In this document: positions 30,840 through 41,900 of the stretch, one piece after another | How the letters are laid out: each line of letters starts with the position of its first letter | Position numbering within the stretch: position 1 is the stretch's first letter | Source of the DNA: Nitrosopumilus sp. | Lineage (GTDB): Archaea; Thermoproteota; Nitrososphaeria; Nitrososphaerales; Nitrosopumilaceae | DNA length: 64,000 bases | Assembly: GCA_965249555.1 (NCBI GenBank) | Contig: OZ252243.1 | Coordinates: 1,184,001 to 1,248,000, forward strand | Direction: 5' to 3' | The notes under the pieces: generated by a model | What the model was told of the DNA's origin: nothing | The model's database searches: none | Seen by the model: the letters and a program-made list of their open reading frames with translations, nothing else | Translations under genes and position numbers: made by a program

Positions 30840-31302
30840 GACGGATTCAAAAGGATTTTAGGCACAAAATTGCATGTCGCAGTGGAGAAGACAGGACTGC
30901 CGGTTTCAATTGTGTGCAGTCCTGCAAATGTCCATGACAGTACCAAGTTCATCGATGTGCTAGAAAACATCTCAGATTTTCTTGATGATGATGCACTCGC
31001 AAAGACCGTATCGGTATATGCAGACAAGGGCTATGATGCTGCATACATCAGGGATTATCTCAAGTGCCATGGAATTGGCTACAGCATTCCCTACAAAAAA
31101 AATTCTAAATCCATCACCCCGAAAAATCGTAAAAACAATTACAACAAGACAAGGTATGTCGTGGAGAGGTTCTTTGCATGGCTCAAATGCGGGTTTAGAA
31201 GAACTGCAATCAGATACGAAAGGAATTGCGAGAACTATCTCGGACTCGTGTATCTGGCATCAATTATTATGTATTGGAGGGTTATAGGATGAGTTGTATA
31301 AC
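30840..31302 (+). mobile_element. IS5-family transposase, 3' half (5' part lost at the IS110 junction)
   Basis: GTKLHVAV...GLP, ANVHD, ADKGYD, RYVVERFFAWL..FRR...RYE. Confidence 0.85.
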
Positions 31303-31390
31303 ACTTTGAATCATACAGACTCGGTTGGGAGAATGGCGATCAATATTAACCAAGATCAAACATAAATATAATTATATTGTTAATTTTTTA

Positions 31391-32440
31391 ATGTTGTCTA
31401 AGTTAATATCTACCGAAATCCCAAAATGGGCCTTACCAAAAGAATCAATTTCTCTTTATGTAAAAATCCACAGAATAGAAGATATAAAACAAATCAATAT
31501 CAAACTACCTGAAAATTTTATAATAAAAGATTTGATTAATATTTCTGAACACACTTCTAGTACCAATCAAATAACCGTTACAAAAATAGGTAAACTTAAA
31601 AACGGACAAAATTATTTTGGTATAATATTATCATCAACAAAATATTTTTCTAAATTGGCAACAAGTAATCGTATAGTGATAACTGTAATGACAAACTCTG
31701 ATGTCGAAGAAATTTTTTATGAATATGTACGTATTTTTAGACCTAGGTTGGAAGTGGATATAGACGAGCAACTAAGTTTAACTAATAAACAGACCAAAAT
31801 TCCTATTCATATTAAGTTCATTGGTTTTGGTGACGTATCGCTTCGTATAGAAGCAGAAATTGGTGGAAAGATAGTAACTAAGGGTGGTTACTCCCTTTTT
31901 GATATGTTTTTTAATGAAATATTGGCAAATGGGGTTTTGGATAAAAGTTTTGGACTTGATTCTATTTCTGATAAAAAATCAATGATAGAATACTTTAATA
32001 TATTTAAAAGTAAACTCAGAGATCCTAAATACGTTGATGATATACTTAATTCTACAAATTTTTCCAAAAATGATATTGAGAGTCTTAAGAATATTAGTGA
32101 TGAAAATAAAACTACTTTTATGGATACATTATATGGCACGCTAGAATTTTATATAATTAAGAAACTAACTGACATTCTTGTTAAAAGTATTAAATCTAAT
32201 ATCCGAGTAGATTCTGGTACTGAAATTGAGACAAAATTATATGAATATTTTACAGATTTGAAATTTACTATCTACTATCAAGATCTTTTGGGAAATACGT
32301 ATGAACCAATTATAAAATTAATACAACTTCGAGATTGTAGAAAAAAATCACAAAAACTTTCTATTATGACTCCAATATTAATTGATGTAGATAATGATAA
32401 TTTCTATCAAAATGTAGAGGATATGAAAATAAATGATTAA
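31391..32440 (+). CDS. Hypothetical protein (first of a two-gene unit)
   Basis: About 350-aa very AT-rich ORF with likely ATG at 31391; no recognisable motif. Confidence 0.75.
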   Translation: MLSKLISTEIPKWALPKESISLYVKIHRIEDIKQINIKLPENFIIKDLINISEHTSSTNQITVTKIGKLKNGQNYFGIILSSTKYFSKLATSNRIVITVMTNSDVEEIFYEYVRIFRPRLEVDIDEQLSLTNKQTKIPIHIKFIGFGDVSLRIEAEIGGKIVTKGGYSLFDMFFNEILANGVLDKSFGLDSISDKKSMIEYFNIFKSKLRDPKYVDDILNSTNFSKNDIESLKNISDENKTTFMDTLYGTLEFYIIKKLTDILVKSIKSNIRVDSGTEIETKLYEYFTDLKFTIYYQDLLGNTYEPIIKLIQLRDCRKKSQKLSIMTPILIDVDNDNFYQNVEDMKIND

Positions 32441-33353
32441 CATCAATCTTAATGATGAATTAGATAAATGGTTTAATGGTATAAAAAAATATTTTGAAGA
32501 TTTTAAACCTGAAGCCAAATCTATGAGTATTGACTATCAAAGAAAAAAAGGAATAATTAGTTTTGTTTTAAATGTGCCTTCTGGCTTTCGTAAAAATCAT
32601 AATAAAATTAAACTTCCTATTTATGCAGGATACCAAATTATGAGAATGTATGACGAATCATTTAACGATATACACACTAGTTGGGTAATTACTGATGATT
32701 ATCTTGTATTTGATGCATCAAAGTTATCTAGTAGTGAATCTTTTTTCATTGAATTAGAAGGAAACTTGAATGATGATATACTTGAGAATTTGGTTTACAT
32801 AAAACCATCCATTAATAGAGATAGTGATAATTTATTAGATAAATATTGGTTAGATGCTTCTTTAAGAAATCCAGATATCTTAGAAAAGATTTGGTCCAAT
32901 TTTGAGATTAGTGATGTAGATGCTGGAGTTCTGATTGATATTGAAAAATTAATTGGATTACGTATACCTTCCTCTATTAGATCTGGTATGGAATCTTTAA
33001 AAGATTATTTAGCCGCTGCACAACAATTTGATCGAAATAAAATTTTTGTAACTGCACGTAGATATAGTGCATCAAGAAATAAAGTGAAATCTACTGCAAC
33101 TGATTATTATAATCTAATTACTACTTTAATTTCTAAACAAACATTAGGCGATTATCTATATACAGCAAAAAATAATTTTACGTTAGGTAATGTTGAATCA
33201 CCAAAAGATTATAAGGGAATAATACCACAAGATGTTAAAATTCATACATTAACAAGGTTAACATTAAATAAACCACAATCTATTGATACGTTGATATTTA
33301 AAAGAAAAGATTATTTGGATTTTATTGCTAAAGAATTTTCTGAATTTGTATAA
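32433..33353 (+). CDS. Hypothetical protein (second of a two-gene unit)
   Basis: 306-aa ORF overlapping the upstream stop by 8 nt. Confidence 0.75.
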   Translation: MININLNDELDKWFNGIKKYFEDFKPEAKSMSIDYQRKKGIISFVLNVPSGFRKNHNKIKLPIYAGYQIMRMYDESFNDIHTSWVITDDYLVFDASKLSSSESFFIELEGNLNDDILENLVYIKPSINRDSDNLLDKYWLDASLRNPDILEKIWSNFEISDVDAGVLIDIEKLIGLRIPSSIRSGMESLKDYLAAAQQFDRNKIFVTARRYSASRNKVKSTATDYYNLITTLISKQTLGDYLYTAKNNFTLGNVESPKDYKGIIPQDVKIHTLTRLTLNKPQSIDTLIFKRKDYLDFIAKEFSEFV

Positions 33354-33592
33354 TTTGATTTGTACTCTTTAATGTAAATCATGGTCAATTGGATTAACCT
33401 TAAAAAGTCGTGATCACTCATACTAATTATAGCATATAAAAGTATATATTTCCTTTGTTAATTTTTTTGATAAAATAATTAATTATATTGGGTCCAAATT
33501 CACGAATAAAACTATACTGACCCAAATGGCTTAGATCCATTCAAATCATGGAATTGGTCCATTTTATATTATACTTCGTAATAACATACTAT

Positions 33593-33666
33593 ATGTCTGA
33601 AGATGACGAAAAACCTGCAAAAGGTGTAACAATCGGTACAAAACCAGTGTTTAAAGAAGAATACAC
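33593..33666 (+). pseudogene. Small-protein paralog truncated by IS66
   Basis: MSEDDEKPAKGVTIGTKPVFKEEY, then the IS66 IR. Confidence 0.6.
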
Positions 33667-35086
33667 GTATGTATCAAGCACTTAGATGTATTTTATCATC
33701 TCAGGAAACATGTTCAATCCCCTTATTCTCCATGTCTCAAAGCATGTGAGAAAGACTGAGATCATCCTCATGCCCTGATCACTCTTCATCTGCCCGCGAA
33801 CATTCCTCTGCATCACGCACTTTCGAATGGAATTCTCTGCATCATTGTTAGTTGATGGAACATCGCCATCCATGACAAACGTAAACATGTTGTTTCTTGC
33901 AGTCTTTAGCTTCTTGCCAAACTGAACCATCTCTGTATCACCTTTCAAATATCGTGCAATGATACGGTCCAGCTGTTTTAGTAAATCATTCCTGTACGTT
34001 TCCCGCCGTTTTGTATAACGATTACTCACACTCCAAACCCTGGCATGACCTAGCATATCTGAGAATTTCTCATATAGAATCCTGGCCTTTTTGTCTTTTG
34101 ACTTTCTTGCCAGATATTTGGCATCGCGCTGCAGGTGTGCGGTGCATCTCTGCTTTGTGTTATCACAAAATACGGTCCTGTACGGAGCATATCCATCAGA
34201 CACTAGGGTTCCTTTGAATTTTTTCCAGCGCTTTTTTAGAACATTGGCACCTCTGCTGTACTCTAAGGTATACTGTGCCCTAGTCTTGCTTCTTGCAACC
34301 CACATCCATCCATTCTTTCCATCAATTGAAAATCCTGTCTCATCGATTCCAAGAATCTTCTCATTCACGATTTCACTGTGGATGTCATTGTAAAATGGCT
34401 CTAACATCACACTACCGAGGCGAAGAATGGCTTGTATTGTCGTATTGCTGATTTCTAATCCATATCTTTCATAGAGTGTGATTCTGATAGCATCGTATGG
34501 CAATCTCTTTGAGTACAGTGAGATGATCTCGCGTATCACTGAACCACCAAAACATCCATGTGGTGGAAGGTTTCCAGTGGTTTGAAAATTATCAAAACAG
34601 TTCTTGCATATGTATTGATACATGACATGCTCAGTCACATCGTAAGATGTTGGTGGGGGAATCTTGACCATTGACCTTTTGCAGATTTTGGTCTGATGAA
34701 TGTTATCACTGCCGCATTTGGGACATGCATCTGATTTGTGGTATATGGTATTATTTGGTATGAATTTCTGTGTCTTGCCAACGTGTCCTGCTATTCCACC
34801 ACGTCTTGATTTGCCTGACTGTCTGTGTTGTCTTTTTTGCTTTTTTATTCAATGGAATTTTTTGATGGCGGAGAGTGCGCATTCTCATAATATGACAATC
34901 TTTTTTGTAGTTCCTTGTTTGATTCTATGAGATTTTCTATGATTAATTTTAGTTGTTTTATCTTTGCTTGTAGCTGTATGATGATTTTCTCATGACCACA
35001 ACCTGACATGTTTTATATGATGATTTAGTTTATCTTAGATCTTTTTGTGTAATGATATTGATTTGTACGTGAAGGTTGATACATAC
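33667..35086 (-). mobile_element. IS66-family element, copy 1, frameshifted
   Basis: GTATGTATCAA terminal IRs; IDETG, SDGY, QRCTAHL, TNNDAENSIR; no matching target duplication. Confidence 0.9.
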
Positions 35087-35094
35087 TAACTACG

Positions 35095-36023
35095 TGAGAC
35101 TTGGGCATAATGATTTACAAAAAAACCAAAACTTTTCTCTAACAACAAAGCATTCTTTTCACAATCCTTGGATTCTCACTTCCAATTACACAGTTACAAT
35201 ACACTGCCAACTGATACGCCAACACGCAAATCAGCACGAATGATTATATATTCTCAAATCCTTTCACTGGAACTGTTCTAATGCTAAACGTATCCTTGAT
35301 TATCTCAAAGGAACAAGATATGGAAAAATTCGTGAGCGGTTATACGTTCTAATGCTAAACGTATCCTTGATTATCTCAAAGAGTGCTTCAATTGATATTT
35401 TTCTCTGAGAATATAATTTCTGACCAACTGCTGAATTGTAAAACCCTATCAACTTTGTTCTGTCTGGTGTGCGTAGAATGATATTTTTTGACTGGACAGA
35501 TCAATCTCATGGCATTATTCTTAGTTGACTTGTATGGTTTGGAATCATCATATGCAGGATCTCACCATATACTATTCATCAATCCAGAAAGTGACTCTCA
35601 ATTTTTCATATGGCTTGCTATCATGAACATTTGCAGTAGTTACACATGGCAGATAATGGAACCAGTCTTCCTGCACTGCAACTCATGTGTAGTTTGTATC
35701 CATACGCCCAACCCTTTGATTTGGAGAATCCCCACCAGTGTGTTGTCACTTGGAATTCTTATCCATGACTTTACGATGTATAATTACATCATTAGAACAG
35801 CTGAATAGACATATGGCCGTCCCCGTCTCACTGCATTTTCATACAGATATAGTGTTCCAACCAGATACAAAACACCAACAAGAAATGACTCACATAGAAT
35901 ATTGCCAGGGATTTTTATTTGTAATCATTCCAATGAACAAAACATGATGAGATTCTTTGCTTTTTCTATTTGAATAATTTGAGAAATCGGTTAAAAATGA
36001 GAATTGATTATGCCCATGTCTCA
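35095..36023 (-). mobile_element. Decayed DDE_Tnp_1 (IS5/IS982-like) element
   Basis: IRs TGAGACTTGGGCATAAT / ATTATGCCCATGTCTCA; fragments WGFSKSKGWAYGYKLH, TANVHD, DPAYD, SIEALF. Confidence 0.75.
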
Positions 36024-36195
36024 GATATCTATCAAAATTTGATTTTCAGCCAATTTTTCTCAAAATCCCCTTTTATTGATTCATTTTTTTCATATCTGAG
36101 ATGATTTCTTACTATATTTTCTACACATTAAAATTAAGTATTACTTAACTTGATATTAGGATTTTTTATGTATATTATCAAAGGAAGAATTAGTC

Positions 36196-37410
36196 TTGGC
36201 TAGAACATCGCTGCAATGTAGGGAATGTAAAAAAGAATACGAGTCTGCTTTCAAGTATATCTGTGATGACTGCTTTGGCCCCCTTGATGTAAAGTATGAT
36301 TTTCCAACAATTACCAAAGATACATTTTCCAACCGTGAGCAGACATATTGGCGATATTTTGAACTATTACCAATAGAGAACAAATCAAGCATTGTAAGTA
36401 TTGGTGCTGGAATGACTCCATTAACAAAAGCAAACAAGCTAGGAGAAAAACTAGGCTTGAAAAATCTTTACATCAAAAATGATTCTGTAAATCCTACGTT
36501 CTCATTCAAAGACAGACCTGCAGGTGTTGCAGTATCAAAAGCAAAAGAATTTGGATTGTCAGCCGTTGGTTGTGCATCTACTGGTAATCTGGCATCAGCT
36601 ACTGCAGCACATGCAGCAAAAGGTGGATTTCCATGCCATGTCTTTGCTCCAAGTGATATTGAAATGGCAAAGATTGCACAGGCATTATCATATGGTGCAA
36701 ATTACATTGCAGTAGATGGAACATATGATGATGCAAACAGAATTGCTGCACAAATTGGCGATTCCAAAGGAATTGGAATTGTAAATATTAACATGCGTTC
36801 TCATTATGTAGAAGGTTCAAAAACTTTAGCGTTTGAAGTTGCAGAACAACTTGATTGGAAAGTACCTGATCAACTAATCATCCCTGTAGGAAGTGGTGCA
36901 ATGCTTAATGCAATCTGTAAAGGATTTGAAGAATTACAAAGTGTTTCGTTACTTGGTGACGTTTCTAACATGCATATGATTGCAGCACAACCACATGGTT
37001 GTGCTCCCATTGTTGATGCATTTAAGAAAAATAGTAATGAAGTAATTCCAGTTGAGCATCCTGATACTGTTGCAAAAAGTTTAGCAATTGGTGATCCTGG
37101 TGATGGTAGATATGTATTGAAACGTTTACAACAGTACAATGGATTTGCAGAAGAAACAAATAACAAAGAAATTCTTGATGCAATTTTACTTCTTGCAAGG
37201 ACAGAGGGAATATTTACAGAACCTGCAGGCGGGGTCTCAATTGCTGTTCTTCAAAAAATGGTAGAACAAGGAAGGATTGATGCAAATGATAAAGTGGTAT
37301 GCTATGTAACTGGAAATGGTCTAAAAGCAACAGAATCAATTATGGAAGTTTTAGAAAAGCCCACAGTAATGAAAGCAGATGTAAAGGAAATATCGGCGGT
37401 AGTAAATTAA
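36196..37410 (+). CDS. thrC: Threonine synthase
   Basis: NPTFSFKDR, ASTGN, PVGSG, EPAG, TGNGLK. Confidence 0.9.
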   Translation: MARTSLQCRECKKEYESAFKYICDDCFGPLDVKYDFPTITKDTFSNREQTYWRYFELLPIENKSSIVSIGAGMTPLTKANKLGEKLGLKNLYIKNDSVNPTFSFKDRPAGVAVSKAKEFGLSAVGCASTGNLASATAAHAAKGGFPCHVFAPSDIEMAKIAQALSYGANYIAVDGTYDDANRIAAQIGDSKGIGIVNINMRSHYVEGSKTLAFEVAEQLDWKVPDQLIIPVGSGAMLNAICKGFEELQSVSLLGDVSNMHMIAAQPHGCAPIVDAFKKNSNEVIPVEHPDTVAKSLAIGDPGDGRYVLKRLQQYNGFAEETNNKEILDAILLLARTEGIFTEPAGGVSIAVLQKMVEQGRIDANDKVVCYVTGNGLKATESIMEVLEKPTVMKADVKEISAVVN

Positions 37411-38741
37411 TGGCAAATATTACATTCACAATACCTTCTGTTCTAAATCAGGGCGGAGGAGAAAAAAAGACTGAGATTTCAGCTGATTCACTAACCAATG
37501 CATTCGCAAAAATCTCTGAATCAATGGGTGATGACTTTAAGAGAAGAGTTTTAGAAAACGATGGAAAACCGCGCTCATTAATTAATATCTACATTAATGG
37601 AAAAAATGCAAAATTTTCAGATGGTATGGAGACTGTTCTCAAAGATGGAGATGAGATCTACATCCTACCTGCAGTAGCCGGTGGTTCCAAAGAACTATCT
37701 TCTAAGGAACTTGATAGATTTTCACGACAAGTAATGCTTGAAGAGATCGGCTATCAAGGACAATTAAAATTAAAAAATTCTAGAGTTTGTGTTGTTGGAA
37801 CTGGAGGTTTAGGAAATCCAATAACATCAAGACTTGCAGCGATGGGTGTTGGAACTTTACGTATTGTTGATAGAGATGTAATTGAACTATCTAATTTACA
37901 TAGACAGACAATGTTTGATGAAGATGATGTTGGTCAAGTAAAAGTAGAAGTTGCTGCAAAAAAATTACAGAAACTAAATCCTGATTGTAAAATAGAGGCA
38001 CTAGCAGTTTCTGTAAATGACTATACTGCACTTGAAGTTATTGAAGGATGTGATGTTGTAATTGATGCACTTGATAGTGTCAATGCTAGGTATGCGTTAA
38101 ACAAAGCATGTGTTCAATCTAATATTCCATTTGTAACAGGAGCTGCAGTTGGAGTTTCAGGACAGGCATTCACAGTTTTACCGAAACAAAGTGCATGTTA
38201 TTTTTGCATGTTTCCTGAATTAAATGAAGACGCAATGCCAACATGTAGTGTTGAAGGAGTACATCCATCAATACTTTCAATTGTTGGAGGAATTGAAGTT
38301 GCAGAAGCTGTAAAAATTATTATTGGAAAAAAACCCAGTCTGTCTGAAAGAATTTTACATATTGATTTAGAAAATCTTGACTTTAACAGTACAAGAACAT
38401 TCAGAGCTGATGAATGTCCAATCTGTGGAACAGGTAACCTTGAAGTTGTACCAAAAGAAGAATTAATTCTAGAGGAATTGTGTGGACGAAATCGTGGCAA
38501 GCGAACTTATTCGATTACTCCAACTGAAACATTTGATCTTGATGTAAACGGTGTCACTGCAATTGCAAAAGAAAAGGGATTCATAATTGAGAATCAAGGT
38601 ACTCTGGGATTATCCATGAGAACAAATGATCTCTCTGTTAGTTTTATGAAAAAGGGATCTGCTGTTGTGGTAGGCTCAAAAGATGAGGCTGATGCAATAG
38701 CATTGTACAAAAGTCTCCTTGGTAAAGAGATCAGGGCGTAA
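37410..38741 (+). CDS. MoaD/ThiS (SAMP-like) sulfur carrier fused to a ThiF/MoeB E1
   Basis: ILPAVAGG, then RFSRQ, GTGGLG, SNLHRQ, CYFC, PTC, CPIC; start at ATG 37410. Confidence 0.9.
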   Translation: MANITFTIPSVLNQGGGEKKTEISADSLTNAFAKISESMGDDFKRRVLENDGKPRSLINIYINGKNAKFSDGMETVLKDGDEIYILPAVAGGSKELSSKELDRFSRQVMLEEIGYQGQLKLKNSRVCVVGTGGLGNPITSRLAAMGVGTLRIVDRDVIELSNLHRQTMFDEDDVGQVKVEVAAKKLQKLNPDCKIEALAVSVNDYTALEVIEGCDVVIDALDSVNARYALNKACVQSNIPFVTGAAVGVSGQAFTVLPKQSACYFCMFPELNEDAMPTCSVEGVHPSILSIVGGIEVAEAVKIIIGKKPSLSERILHIDLENLDFNSTRTFRADECPICGTGNLEVVPKEELILEELCGRNRGKRTYSITPTETFDLDVNGVTAIAKEKGFIIENQGTLGLSMRTNDLSVSFMKKGSAVVVGSKDEADAIALYKSLLGKEIRA

Positions 38742-38955
38742 AATAGGCTGTAAAAATTTCATAAATTATATGAAAAATATGAAAAATTTAAAGATCAAAC
38801 AGTAGATAAAGAGGTAAAATATGATTTTTATAACCAAGTTTTATAATATTTTTATAAAAATCTGGAATTTCTTACAAAATCGCAAGATTTTCCCAAATTG
38901 TGGACAAATCGTCCATTAGGCTTAAATACAAATTCTAAAGAAAATTATCAATAAC

Positions 38956-41900
38956 ATGAATAACGAATTAGGACGAAAAATAACTAGTCTTACATTAATG
39001 ACAATTATGGTCGCCGGTGGTATGACATTTGCATTCCCTGGCTTTATGCCAGTTGCACATGCAGCCAACCCCGACCTATTTGTCTCCGCAGAAAGCTCAG
39101 TCTTTGAAAATTACATGTCAGGACCTCAAGTCATTGAGGTTATAGTCAGTGACCCAGGTCTTACTGATACAGATGAAGCAAAAGGTGAACCAACCGTTAC
39201 CGTTGGAGGCGATGAACTTAGAATGGTTCAAGGCACTGATGGTAAATGGTATGCTTACTTTGCAGACAGAACTCAAGCATTTATTGCAGACTCTACCACA
39301 GAAGACGTTGTAAACGAAGGATTAAACTTCGGTAACTTTTGTGGAGCAAATTCTGACATATTTTCAAGTGTTCCTAACGCCATACTATTCAGTGAAACTT
39401 CAGGTGTCGCTATTCCAGTCAATCAATTGGTTGGAGCAACAAATGGTACCGATGCACAAACTGCATTAACAGATTGTACTGCATTCGGTCCAAACCTTGC
39501 ACTTCATGGCACAGCTGCAGAAAACGTGATTAGAGAAGCAGAAGATGTAAACACATCCATCTCAGGTAACATAGGACAAATTGGTCTTGTAAATACAGAC
39601 ATTTGGCCTTTCATTCAACTTTATGACATCAACCCAACTGGTAACATTGATGTATTTTATGACAAAGGTGGTGATCCTCAAACGGTTAGACTAACTTTTG
39701 ACACAGTAGATCAATTAGCAGCAACTGGATTAGACAAAGATAGAACAATCTATCCTCAAGGTGCTGAAGTACACGTTACTATTACTGATACTTGGCTAAA
39801 CATTGATCCAACTGACGAAGATTCTTGGACATTTGGTACACTTGCAGGTTCTGCATCTACCAATTATCAAGTCTTTGACGAAAGTGGTGGTCTAGCAGGT
39901 GCAAACGTTGTAAATGGTGTAATCGATATCTCAGGTGAATTATCAACTATGATGATCGGAGATAACGGTATCTTACTTGTTGATCTTGACGCACAATCAG
40001 TAGAGCAAGATGTCTTAATACTTCAAGACAATGATGACTCTAGAATTACTTGTGAAATGCCCCAAGATGCATCTACTTGTAAAATTGATGGTGACAGTAC
40101 GGCTGTAATCAGTCAACCAGTTACCATCACTGAAAGTGCACCAAACTCTGGTGTATTTGAAACATTTGACAACGGCGATACTTCTATATTCGCAATTTCA
40201 GACAAGGCTAAACAAGGCACAACTGGAACCATCGATTATAACGCAAGTCCCGTCTCTATCGAAACAGATTTCTCATATGGGTCGGTTGACATTAAAGCAG
40301 TCGATGATGAATGGAATTCTGGTGAAGAGATTCCCGTTGAAGTAGTTGATGCAGATCAAAACAGAAACAGTAGAGTAGATGAGGATCTAATAGTATCTGA
40401 TCCAAATATAACAATCATTCCAGCATTAACTACTGGTGATCCATTTACACTTGGTGAAGCAGGAACAGGTGGCATTAATGACATTGATCAGCAAGCACTA
40501 TACGTTGCATGGCCTGGTCTCACAAGTTTTGGTAACTTTACTATGCTCGGTACTAATAACCTCAATGCTACTGCAACAATATCTGTTGATAGCTTTAGTG
40601 AAAGAGCACTCATCACAAACATGACCGCTGTAGATAATGGTGATACTAATTATACTACTGCATTGATCATTGACTTAGCTACTAAATTCTCTGACTTGAC
40701 AAGTACGATCACTGATGAAACTTCATTTACTGGATTTAACCTCTTAAACGTAGATTTGAGAAGTTTATCCGCCACACGCACCTATGATGTTTACTTATTG
40801 AATACAACTGACACCACTGATGGTATTATTCTAAATGTTGTTGGTTTAATCAATGGTGCAAAAGAAATAGGTGCTACTCTACTCGTTGACAGTGTTGATG
40901 CACAAAGCCTCACACTCTTAAGCAGCAATGCTAATGATGCAATATTCAATGGTAACACCCCTGGTACCAATTCAATTGGTCTTGCTATTGTTACAAATAA
41001 TAACAAAACAATATCTGGCAACACCCTTGTTGATGTTAATCCAATCGTAGTAGACTTCTTCTCATTCGGCTTTAGTGATGATGGTGTGCAAGCATCCGAA
41101 AGGATTGCAAACCAAATCATCAGAATTGAAGTTGAAGAATCAGGTGACAACACAGGTGTCTTTGTAGGATCCCTTGAGTATGTCATGGTTAACCAACTAA
41201 ACATCATGGATAAGAATACCTACTTAGGTATCGCTCCAATCGCTGATGATCCATCATTCATTGTAATTGAGGATCTCACTGATGAAGATGCACCACAAGT
41301 TTCATATCTTGATATAGATCAAGAAGGTGAAGCTACAACCGTATCTGATAGAGAAGCAGCTCCAAGTCATTCAGGTGTTGTATCATTGAATCAAGATTCA
41401 TACAAGATTGCTGACACTGTAATTATTACTCTCGAAGACGTAGATCTTAACGTAGACTCTAGTCTTACCGATGTTTACACTGTTGTCGCCACAAACGACG
41501 CTGATGTAGATAACGACCAAGTAGGAAAAGATGTCGATAGTGACCTAGAGACTTTCTCATTTGGTTCTCAAGGCAGATTACTTGATGTTACATTTGACGA
41601 CGCTAAATGGACAGATGAAGATGCTTGTAATCCTGGAGGCTTTGATGGCCTTGCAGATACCGGATTCACACTAAAAGAAACCGGTCCAGCAACAGGTGTA
41701 TTTGAAGGCAGCTTCTTAATCCAAGCAGATTGGTGTAGACCAGATGGAAAATCAGATACAACAGGAATTCCAGAAACCACAACCGGACTTGATATCGAAG
41801 TCAACTATGTTGACTATAGAGATGCATCTGGTGAAATTATAGAAGTTGGTGACTCTGCAGGCGTACGCGCAAACACAGGCTCAGTAAGTCTTGACAGAAC

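Noticed and set aside
30684-31292. 202-aa ORF as a novel fusion protein
   Set aside because: It is antisense IS110 sequence reading into a truncated IS5 transposase.
35275-35381. CRISPR array
   Set aside because: Only two repeats, the repeat is transposase coding sequence, and there are no cas genes or leader; kept only as a duplication footprint.
37410-38741. SAMP-E1 fusion as the novel ubiquitin system
   Set aside because: Canonical GG motif and E1 Cys, next to thrC in a core block; this looks like the ordinary housekeeping sulfur-carrier gene.
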